NCBI GenBank assembly: GCA_964199315.1
Contig: OZ116700.1
Coordinates: 15,996,001-16,060,000 of the forward strand
DNA length: 64,000 nt
From: Orbicella franksi
Lineage: Eukaryota
Direction: 5' to 3'
Made by a program: the position numbers and the translations under genes. This document shows positions 12,514 through 22,663 of this stretch, piece by piece; within the stretch, counting starts at the first letter, position 1; every line of letters starts with the position of its first letter. The notes beneath the pieces are model-generated. The model worked only from the letters and a program-made list of their open reading frames with translations. It did no database searches and was not told where the DNA came from.

Positions 12514-12993
12514 TTAATAGGGCCTCCAAAGGAATTCTGAAATACGTTTTCAGTTTGACACTAATTCTATTCCTTTAGGAGATGCAGCACTTGCAAGAAA
12601 CTCAGCATCAGAACCAACAGTTTTTTTGCTAAGTGGCCAAAAATCCCTCTGGGAACCTTTTAATGATGAGTTACTTCTGGTCAATGGACCAGAGTCAAAA
12701 ATCCAAAGCTAACATGATGTCCATAAATAACAACCTAGTCTGAACTGTTTTCTGAACGGTGGATGCATGTTCAGCAGACATTGCAACAAACCCTTTCATT
12801 CTGTTTGGGGGAACAGCTCTCATGAAGTGCGATAAGAACAAATTTAATCAAAAAGCAAAGGTCAGTTAGTATACATGTTTTGGTTACGATATTGTTCCTT
12901 TTCAAATTTGGTTGACTTCTTTGACAAATAGTTTCACTGATCAACAATCGTTAACTCTATTAGTACAACAGAGAATGAAGAGCTCCTGACTTG

Positions 12994-13415
12994 TGGGTCT
13001 TTGGAGTCATTTCAACAGCCACGAGGCCTGCAAGGGGTTATTATGAAGTGGTGGTGAGTTGAGATCATGTGACGCTGTTGCCGATTCTTGAAAAAAGTCT
13101 GCAACCGGGCAGTGAAGTGTACACCGATGATTGGGAGCCTACAGAAACCTGGACCAACATCTGCCCAAACACATTGCTTGACATCACATTTTTGTCCACG
13201 CAGATAAGTCCCTGGACCCAGTAACTAGGGTTCATACTCAGGAAGCTGAATCTGCCTGGGCAAATTTGAAAGGCCCCCTCAAAGGGCGGCACAGCTTCTC
13301 CCACGATGATCTCCAGGCCTATCTGGAAGACAGGATGTGGAGGCAATGGCAACGACTGGATCGCACCATAGCAAATTTCTTACTGGTATTGTCACTCCAG
13401 TATAGAGACTATATT
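12994..13415 (+). pseudogene. Merlin/ISXO2 (IS1595-like) transposase C-terminal fragment
   Basis: Frameshifted translation WVFGV...TLLPILEKSLQPGSEVYTDDW..Y...DPVTRVHTQEAESAWANLK...LQAYLEDRMWR. Confidence 0.8.
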
Positions 13416-13427
13416 GTGTACTATATA

Positions 13428-13563
13428 CTTAATTACTGGTCCTGAGGGAACAAGCTTTGTTTTCCTGAGAATGTTGATGTTTCCCAAGATGAAGTGAGAG
13501 GGAGGGTGGAGGGAGAAACAAAACTGTTTCCTAAAGGATCGGTAATTAAGTGTTTTGTTATAT
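13428..13563. repeat. Decayed palindromic (hairpin) interspersed repeat
   Basis: ACTTAATTACTGGTCC..GGAAC..TTTGTTT versus AAACAAAACTGTTTCC..GGATCGGTAATTAAGT. A partial inverted copy lies at about 16583-16636. Confidence 0.5.
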
Positions 13564-13578
13564 AGTTGGAGTTAAGTG

Positions 13579-13722
13579 TAGCCTGTGTCACAGTAGTCTG
13601 CATGTATTTACTATTTACTATTCACATCTTGTGTCACAGCCACCCTCCCCTAAAGAAAAACAAAGCTGAGAAGCCTCTACGATTTTTTTTCCTTTCACAA
13701 AAAGTGCCTGTGACACAGGCTA
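13579..13722. mobile_element. MITE with 15-bp perfect TIR and TA ends
   Basis: TAGCCTGTGTCACAG ... CTGTGACACAGGCTA. Confidence 0.75.
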
Positions 13723-13737
13723 CGTTCAATGTAAAGT

Positions 13738-16190
13738 GAAAGGTCAAGTGACCGAACAGAGAACGGCAAATGTACAAATGTCACGAACCGTAGGAGTCGT
13801 GTAGGCTAGTCAACCCCATTTTACACTGATATGATTATTATGGACGTGCCCCGTTCTACATCGTGCAAGACATAGCAGCACTCAACTAACGTCAAGGAGC
13901 TTAAAGCAAAAAATACGCACTCAATGTATAGCATCAACCCCATTTTAAAGAGGGGGTTTGCAAAAGAACATGTGCATTAAATCAAAATAGCTCCAAATTG
14001 CAGATCAACCATCGAGTGCCTAGAAATCTAGAAAAAATGCCGTCAAAGAAACACACAATAACGAAGTCAAGCTTCAAAAAAGTAAGGATCGAAAAGTACA
14101 TTACGCCATTGGCTAGCTGTCATAGCCAATAGAAACCAGACATGTTCTATCCGTCACTAGGGTACACACCACGAGAAGTTTGTGCCAAGCCGCAGAATGT
14201 CTTGCATTCTCACAGAGGTACGAGTTGCGCTAGCAACTTCAGATGTACAGAATATTTTAGAAATACCGGCAACTGATGAGATCCACATGGAGGATCGAAA
14301 CCATGATCTTGCCTGAACTAAGCCGAACAATGGCATATAAAACACGCAAAACAGTCAACAGGACTTGCGCGTAAACAGCTACATTTGAATCATGTGGTGC
14401 CAGAACAACCAAAGGAGGAATAAACCTATACATCGAGCAAGAGAAACATAAGCTCGAGCAGATAGCTGCAAGCAACATACGAATGTCACTAGACAAACGT
14501 ATAGCTTTCTCAAAGTAAAGCTACGGCGTCTCCGAAGGAAATCGTACGAGAACAAATATGATATCCGTGATGAGGATCTACCTACTGTGCTTGCAAACAG
14601 TTCTAATCACAGCCGGGCCCGGCGTCACAATATAGAATGCAAGTAAGCAACATGTCACGGTAAATTTCATATTTCGTCCCTCAAAAGCAAATTCATGGAG
14701 ACTCATAAAAGCATGTCTTGCAATAGAAATGAGCCTAAAAAATGCAAAAACACATGGCAAATTACAGAGGTGTCAAACGAGTCGATACGCAGATAACATG
14801 CAGACCTATGGCCTAAAAAAAATTTGCCATAGCATGATCTAAATGCTCAAATTCACTTAAAATTCCTCCTTGTTACACAACATGAAGTGCCCTTCATGAA
14901 CACGAGTGAAGCGACAAGAAAGGTCGAGTGACCGAACAGAGAACGGCAAATGTACAAATGTCACGAACCGTAGGAGTCGTGTAGGCTAGTCAACCCCATT
15001 TTACACTGATATGATTATTATGGACGTGCCCCGTTCTACATCGTGCAAGACATAGCAGCACTCAACTAACGTCAAGGAGCTTAAAGCAAAAAATACGCAC
15101 TCAATGTATAGCATCAACCCCATTTTAAAGAGGGGGTTTGCAAAAGAACATGTGCGTTAAATCAAAATAGCTCCAAATTGCAGATCAACCATCGAGTGCC
15201 TAGAAATCTAGAAAAAATGCCATCAAAGAAACACACAATAACGAGGTCAAGCTTCAAAAAAGTAAGGATCGAAAAGTACATTACGCCATTGGCTAGCTGT
15301 CATAGCCAATAGAAACCAGACATGTTCTATCCGTCACTAGGGTACACACCACGAGAAGTTTGTGCCAAGCCGCAATGTCTTGCATTCTCAGAGGTACGAG
15401 TTGCGCTAGCAACTTCAGATGTACAGAATATTTCACAAATACCGGCAACTGATGAGATCCACATGGAGGATCGAAACCATGATCTTGCCTGAACTAAGCC
15501 GAACAATGGCATATAAAACACGCAAAACTGTCAACAGGACTTGCGCGTAAACAGCTACATTTGAATCGTGTGGTGCCAGAACAACCAAAGGAGGAATAAA
15601 CCTATACATCGAGCAAGAGAAACATAAGCTCGAGCAGATAGCTGCAAGCAACATACGAATGTCACTAGACAAACGTATAGCTTTCTCAAAGTAAAGCTAC
15701 GGCGTCTCCGAAGGAAATCGTACGAGAACAAATATGATATCCGTGATAAGGATCTACCTACTGTGCTTGCAAACAGTTCTAATCACAGCCGGGCCCGGCG
15801 TCACAATATAGAATGCAAGTAAGCAACATGTCACGGTAAATTTCATATTTCGTCCCTCAAAAGCAAATTCATGGAGACTCATAAAAGCATATCTTGCAAT
15901 AGAAATGAGCCTAAAAAATGCAAAAACACATGGCAAATTACAGAGGTGTCAAACTCAACGAGTCGACACGCAGATAACATGCAGACCTATGACCTAAAAA
16001 AAATTTGCCATAGCATGATCTAAATGCTCAAATTCACTTAAAATTCCTCCTTGTTACACAACATGAAGTGCCCTTCATGGACACGAGTGAAGCGACAAGA
16101 AAGGTCGAGTGACCGAACAGAGAACGGCAAATGTACAAATGTCACGAACCGTAGGAGTCGTGTAGGCTAGTCAACCCCATTTTACACTGA
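13738..16190. repeat. Tandem repeat with a unit of about 1180 bp (2 full units plus about 90 bp)
   Basis: AGGTC(A/G)AGTGACCGAACAGAG at 13741, 14921 and 16102. The units are near-identical and non-coding. Confidence 0.95.
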
Positions 16191-16360
16191 AGTAGAAGAA
16201 AAAGTAGTGGGTTAGCGGGAAAGCACGCAATAATTTTGTAATAGCAATTTTTAATTTTGCAATTGTAACTGCAATTGTGATTACGTGACCCTAAATCAAC
16301 CAATAAGAGTGACCATTAGATTCAAATTAACTCCAGCTATACAACAAAATAAACAAAGCC

Positions 16361-16580
16361 AGCAACACCTGGCGGGCACTATGCTGGAACCCTCAGGGCA
16401 AGAGGAAGAGGGGTTACCCAAGGAACTCCTGGAGAAGGGGCGTGGAGTCTGAAATGAGGAAGTGGGGCCACACCTGGACCATGCTAGGAAGGCTGGCCCA
16501 GGACAGAAGCCGATGGAGAACTGAATTGGACAATGGCCTATGCTTCAGCTGGAGCTAAGGGGCAAATCATCATCATCATC
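16361..16580 (+). mobile_element. RTE-clade LINE 3' fragment with (ATC)n tail
   Basis: WNPQGKRKRG...SEMRKWGHTWTMLGRLAQDRSRWR...GLCFSWS*, followed by ATC repeats. Confidence 0.7.
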
Positions 16581-17019
16581 ATATAACAAGATGCACTTAA
16601 TGACTGGCCCCACTGGAAACAGAGTTTTGTTTCCCATAGGTCAGTTATGAAGTATTTTGTTATACCTTTTTCAAAAATAGAATAAATCTAAAATGTATGT
16701 CATCCTTGTGAGTTTTTTTTGTTAAGTTCTGAGAACTTCGTTTTACTTAATTCTGTACAATCCATAGGTTGTTTTCAAGTTCTTTTTTTAGGCTGCTTTG
16801 CTAGTGGATTAAGAGCTTTTTTGCTTAACTTCTTCTGTTATGATTTGAAAGTGTTTCTCTGCAGGCATTACAACCAGCAAGTTATTAGCTTAACTGATGC
16901 ACAAATTTGCTAGATCTTGATCACATTGGAATTGAAAGTTCGAGTTGTCGTTTTCATAGGGTGAGAAAAATTACACGTGACATATTTGAGTTGAGAGGTA
17001 TAGCAATGAACTTTGCATT

Positions 17020-17221
17020 CCAGTCCATCACAGGGTTAGTTACCCTTAGTTTTAAATCTGTTGGTACCCATTTACACACCTGGGGTGGAGAGAGGCACTG
17101 TGAGAGTAAAGCGTCCTGCCCAACAACACAACACCACGTAACACCATGTCCCCGGCCAGGGCTTGAACCTGGACTGATCAATCCAAAGACAATCGCTCTA
17201 ACCAGGAGGCCACCATGCCTG
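17020..17221 (-). mobile_element. tRNA-derived SINE (cnidarian-type)
   Basis: The reverse strand has an A/B-box-like head (GGTGGCCTCCTGGTTAG; GGTTCAAGCCC) followed by a conserved core (GGCACTGTGAGAG; CCATTTA.ACACCT.GG) shared with 63175-63422. Confidence 0.75.
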
Positions 17222-17538
17222 ACTATTGGCATGACAGATCCATAAAGTGCAAGTGAACACATGAAAGATCATATATTTGAACTGCAGACAAATATAAGAA
17301 GAAATGATTGATCATCACAGTTATGCACACAACTTAAGCAGCTGTGAATACATACAGTGTTGCGATACATAAAGTGTTGCCAAAGTTTTTGTAGTTCACT
17401 AAAATGTAAATCAGTAGAACAGTTTAAAGCGCAGTAGGATAATCAAGAGAAAGTTGGTTTAGGTGGCAAACTAAAAATGCAAAACTACCTAGACTGTTGA
17501 TGTAATGGCAGAAAAGTTTGTTTTAATTATATATGTTT

Positions 17539-17570
17539 AGGCAGGTAGGTAGGCAGGTAGGTAGGTAGGT
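17539..17570. repeat. (AGGT)n-like microsatellite
   Basis: AGGCAGGTAGGTAGGCAGGTAGGTAGGTAGGT read directly. Confidence 0.9.
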
Positions 17571-17690
17571 AAATTATTGAATAGTTACTTTATTAGTTTT
17601 TCAACATATTCTCATTGAGTGATATTTCCTTACTTTTAAATTTTAGTTTGGTTAAAGGAGTTGAGAACTAGTGATTAAGACCACCATATA

Positions 17691-17830
17691 CAGTGGAACC
17701 TCGATTTAATGAGCCTCTATTTAACAAAGACCTCGATATAACAAACCTCCATATTACAAATTCTTCAATATAACAAACATAATCCGGAAGCCCAAACATA
17801 AAATCTACCTTGATATAACGAATTACAATG
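17691..17830. mobile_element. pogo/Tigger-like element left end (partner end not found)
   Basis: TA|CAGTGGAACCTCG terminus with repeated ATATAAC-like subterminal motifs. Confidence 0.4.
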
Positions 17831-20198
17831 TCAACAAGCGACAGAAGATAACACTGAGCAGATCAACAGTCAACAAATCCTTGTAATCCTTACGGTAAAG
17901 AGACGGCAAACTTTCAGTCAATGACTTATTATTTGTCATGTCATAGACATTGGCACTATAGTATTTCAACATCAATTAACCTCTGCTCAATCTTCTTTGA
18001 AATCCGGAAATGTTGGGTAGTGCAACATAACAACACTAAAGCCCATTTCCTTGTTTACATAGACAATTTTCTGTATAACCTCTATGTTGCAACATTTTTA
18101 AATCCCTACTCCGAAAGTGTCGTCCTTTTGTAAACAAAAGCTGCACGTCTGCTCAAAAGTGAAAATAATTGATACTGAAGGCCACCATGCTTAATGAATT
18201 GCATCTCAAAATGTGGCACTTCTGGGTGACGAAAACTGCATTGAATTACATGACAGAAGTCGCCTGTGTAGACTGTTTAAGTTGAACGCTCAACTGGTTA
18301 AGTGTTGAAGTAACGTAAAACAATTGTGTGTAAGCTATGTCTTTCAGTCATGCAGCGTAGTTTATCTTCGAGGCGAGATGTGAAATATCTTTTGAAAGAA
18401 GAGTTTCTATAAAATTGATAACATGCAATTCGGAGTTTCAAGTTTCCGGAGTTTCCATCAATTCGGTTCTGTAAACAATGCACTTGTCATACTGTCTCCG
18501 CCCCCTGAGTTTTGCTCACCTTTGCATTTCGTGAATGGAAGTCATGGTAAGTAATAAAACGCTATTACAACCACATAAAATGTCTTGGTCTCTTAATCGA
18601 TACAATGTGACTGTTCTACATAAGTTAACTAAGTACAAACTGTTCCAATCGTACAAGCGCTTTGGCCATTTCCAACTATTATCTCGATACAGGTACAGCA
18701 TAAGCTTATATTTACCCAGTTGAAATGTCGTGTGCTTGCTTTTCGCAAATTGAAGTGTTAGATAATTCACTTTAATGTTTTCATAAACTGTTAGATGCTC
18801 CATTCAATTGTTTATATGTTTGCAGAAAATCATTAAGCTACCCGTTAAAAGCGTTCAGAAAAAGCGTTGAGAAAATTCAAGCTAGTCGTTTGAACGCTTT
18901 TGGAAACTGTTAGAAATTTTCACTTGCCCATTCAAAGTGTTAACCAAGTCGTTCAAACACTCTGAAAAGTCGTTTGCTCTCCGTTCGTTAGGTGTTAGTT
19001 ATTAGTTATTTAACGGAAAAGCATTAATGTGTGTTTTCCCGTGGAAGGTCACATATTGGGTTTAGGTATCTACAGTTTAAAATGGACACAAGACACCTCT
19101 AAAGGTATACAGTGCAAAACCTTAAAACTTGCCAACACTATAAAACAGTAACTTAAATAGCACAGCAAGTTTCAATAGCTTCCCTTTTTTAATTTTTAAT
19201 TTTTTGGACTCCATCAAAAAACTCGAGAGTTACCAATACATTACTGGAGGTTTCAGTTTATAGTAATTCATGCCAAAGGGTTTTAGTTACAATGTTCTAG
19301 TTATTACATATTTAAGGTATCAGCACCGGCAAATAAAGGACATTTTGTAAGAATTGTAAGAATTATTTTTCTATTAGGATGAGTTATCGATGACTTGAAA
19401 ACATGAGAATGTTTTTTTTTCAAGTTGAAGCATCTGAAGGTGTCAAATTGGTTAATTATTAAACTGGTCAAAATCAAGAAATTTGTCTTTTTCTTGCATG
19501 GTATTTTAAAATCTTGCAAAAACCGCTTTGAGATACATTCAGCAGAACAGTTTACACCAATATAGTTTCAGTCCCAGTTGTAAATGAAAGATTTCCAACT
19601 AAAATGTGTAATTTTATTAACTTTAATAAGTCATCAGCACTCTTCTTCCTCACCTATTTCAACATGATTTATTAGCCCCAAAACTTTGAATATTTATAAG
19701 TTCAAAGAAACACAACATTAGTGTTCATTGTGATACACCTCGACACATATATAAAGTGGTAGGGTATTATGCAACTACTACAATTGACGTTTTGCCCTGG
19801 AGTAAGCTTACCAGTACCTGTTACATTTTCACTGCAACCAAATATAAGTAACCCGGACACGTCGGTTGAGAAGAAGTCAAATGAATGAATATAAAATTTG
19901 TTGAGTCATTACTTTTCAAAGATTGCTTGATACGCTGCACTTGCACGTTTTAAAGAGTTCAAAAAATCAATTTACTGAAGGAAGTATATACCTTCTGAAA
20001 AAGGCTCTGACAGTTAAATTTACTCAGCACCAAAAACAAGTTTAGGGTAAACATGTTTCAGTGACACAATCGTATTTAGTTGTTAGTTTCAAAACATTTT
20101 TTGCCAAGTGTGACCAGAAGTAACATGTGAGAATGGCATAGTAACCTCATTAATTTCTTAGTTCTCGAAAGTTTGACACAAAATGTTCAGCAGCAAGA

Positions 20199-20617
20199 AT
20201 GTTTTCAGCTTTGTTGGTAGCTTTGCTGGGGTTAGGTTTTACCCCCTAACCAGCTGCATCATGCAACATCGTAATTAACGAGGTGAAAGAGCTATGTGGT
20301 TTTTACCAATACACGACTACAAATGCACTCAAACAGAAGCATGCAGCTCAGATCATCACACACTTTGGATCACTCTTCATTTCACAATGCTCTACTGTTT
20401 TCAAGGATTTTGGTTTGTTCACGATTTGTTCCATTTTGTTTTCCCGCCTCACCACCATTTACAACCCTGCCGCCAATTGTGCCAAGAAGTCAAGTCCTCA
20501 TGCATTCATCTTTTCAAGAAACTCGGAACTCCATGACCAGCCGCTATGAACTGCTCAACTCTGCTGTCATTGCCAGATCTCTGTCTTTCTCCCTTCGCAA
20601 ACCGCACACGTCTCTGA
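20199..20617 (+). pseudogene. Intronless secreted Frizzled cysteine-rich-domain (CRD-only) protein, inactivated
   Basis: MFSALLVALLGLGFTP*PAASCNIVINEVKELCGFYQYTT...SQCS...TICSILF/FPPHHHLQPCRQLCQEVKSSCIHLFKKLGTP*PAAMNCSTLLSLPDLCL: signal-peptide-like start, 9 of the 10 CRD cysteines in expected spacing, WP changed to *P, and one frameshift near 20442. Confidence 0.8.
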
Positions 20618-20639
20618 TTCCATCTCCTATTCAGCCAGT

Positions 20640-21083
20640 TGGGAAACATGAAAACCCAAGCTAATAACCACACCAGAGAGAAGCCCTTCGTCTCCTCTTA
20701 CTGCCCGAAGCAATTCACCCAGAACACCTACGTAAAACAGTATGCGAGAGTCCACACAGAGGAGAGGCCCTTCACCTGTCAATACTCCATCAAGTCATTT
20801 ACTCAGGCCTTCTACCTGAAACATCAGCTAGTCCACACCGGAAAGGAACCCTTCACTTGCCAACGCTGTGACAAACAATTCACCCAAGGGACTTGCCTAA
20901 AATCTCATCTACGCACCCACACAGAAAAAAAAAGCATTCACCCAAAGTGACTACCTAAGAAATCATGTATGCACCCACACCGAAGAGAAACCCTTTGCCT
21001 GCCCCCACTGAAACAAAGAATTCACCCACACAGACTCCCTGTGAACCCATGTCAAAAGTAAACACCGACCAGACAAGTCCTAG
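20640..21083 (+). pseudogene. Intronless C2H2 zinc-finger array (about 5 degenerate fingers)
   Basis: Linkers HTREKPF, HTEERPFTC, HTGKEPFTCQRCDKQFTQGTCLKSHLRTHT, HTEEKPFACPH. Several Cys/His are lost and there are stops and frameshifts. Confidence 0.85.
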
Positions 21084-21091
21084 TCAAAACA

Positions 21092-21226
21092 TTTTTCAAG
21101 TCCAGCACCGCCCCTGGCACCCTATGTGATTTTTATAGGTCGTTTTTTCAAGTCCAGGGCCACCCCTGGCACCTCATGTGATTCATTGGTTCAGTTTTTT
21201 CAAGTCCAGCACCACCCCTGGTACTC
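21092..21226. repeat. Three iterated ~30-bp motifs at 52-bp period
   Basis: TTTTTCAAGTCCAG..CC.CCCCTGG.AC starting at 21092, 21144 and 21196. Confidence 0.9.
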
Positions 21227-22570
21227 TTATTGTATCTGTTAGTTTAGTGTTGATATTGAACTTTTTCAGATCATTTAAAACCCCATGCGACATGTAAAGA
21301 TTTGTGAAAATTGTTATGATTTGCTTATTTTCCCTTTTTGACTCCCATACGGCAAAAAGCCTTACAGATGGGATGTCTCACACTTTTTTAATCATTATGT
21401 CAAAAACTGTGCAGAACACATTTCATGTAAAACGAAGAATGCCATTAAAACTTGTTTATGAGTCATGTGCACCATCTTGAATTCCCCTTGATCACCAAAG
21501 CGATTTCTCACATGACGTCAACACTGGGTTCTATGATGTCAGCCCCTAGAAAAGAGGGAGGGGGTAACCCCTCCTTTTACAACAATGGCAGTCCAGAGAG
21601 CAGGGGAATCCCCCGTCCTCCTTTTCAACTTCCATACCTTATTTGGTCCCGGATAAGTACTGCATGATGCGTACACCCCCTCTTGGCTGACATTATGAAG
21701 GGTATTGTCTTTTCCATTACTTTATTTGGTCACAAAAGGCTGTGATAGGTCAGATCATCACTCATGCCATGGAAAAGTACTGGACATTGATTGGTTCTTC
21801 AATTCTATACCCTGTATGTACCCGTGTATTAGTCAATCCTGTGTATAAGTCAACCCCCTATTTTTGAGGCCAAAAACTAGATTTTCTTAATTTCCAGGTA
21901 AGAATTTCTTGTATTTCTTAGAATTACAACAGCTACAACAGATATGTAAACAAATCACAGCAAGTTTCAACGTGCAGTTTTAATAAGCTTATTATGGCAT
22001 GTATACGAGCGTTTAACCCAGTTTATAAACACATGTGCATGTGGGCTTTTCGATGATAATTTTTGTCAAATGCTCACAAAATCAAACAACGATTTCAAAC
22101 GAACAGTTTTAAGTGCGATTAAAACTGGCTTTGTAAGACAGGCAAAACACCAAAGAAGCTCAAGACTTTCAGAACGCCTCCATAAACAAAGTGCAACGCC
22201 TGCATTGGGAACTTGGTAGCCAAGCCTTAAAATAGGTTGAGTACTTGTACAGAAGTCCCGACACTTGTATCCTGCTAGGTTACTAAGCAGAGAAGTTCGA
22301 AGCGCAGAAGATGTTTTCTCTGAGTGGCTTTACTAGAGCTTTATTTATAGGAAAAATATTGGTTCTTGATTGGTGCATACTACACTTATCCAAATATCTT
22401 GATGTGACTGAGTGTTAGAAGGGGTATAGGGTAGAAATCTTTATGCAGATTTATCCATAATAAATTAAAACTCGATAGAAACATGCTCCATGTTTAAGCT
22501 TATCTCATAAGGCCAAAATTCTATCAATCAACCTCGAACATCATGTGTTCTAATGTGACTCTTTCTTCCC

Positions 22571-22663
22571 AACTCCGCCCGAATATCATATCACTCTGCT
22601 TAGCCTGAATATATATGTATATCACTCCGCTTAGCCTGAATATTACTCCGGTTAGCCTGTATA
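22571..22663. repeat. Three to four copies of a ~21-bp motif upstream of the spliced YR gene
   Basis: TCACTCTGCTTAGCCTGAATA (22591), TCACTCCGCTTAGCCTGAATA (22622), TTACTCCGGTTAGCCTGTATA (22644), and a weak copy at 22571. Confidence 0.8.

Noticed and set aside
14157-15936. Duplicated short ORFs (62-79 aa) in the tandem array
   Set aside because: No motifs, frames differ between the two copies, and they are duplicated only because the DNA is.
17130-17221. Possible tRNA gene (also 63340-63422)
   Set aside because: A degenerate tRNA-like head attached to a SINE core; no complete cloverleaf.
21092-21226. CRISPR-like repeat-spacer appearance
   Set aside because: Only three repeats, the linkers resemble each other, there are no cas genes, and the context is eukaryotic.
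22200-22450. Possible solo LTR (TATA/poly-A-like signals on the minus strand)
   Set aside because: No TG...CA ends, TSD or second copy identified.
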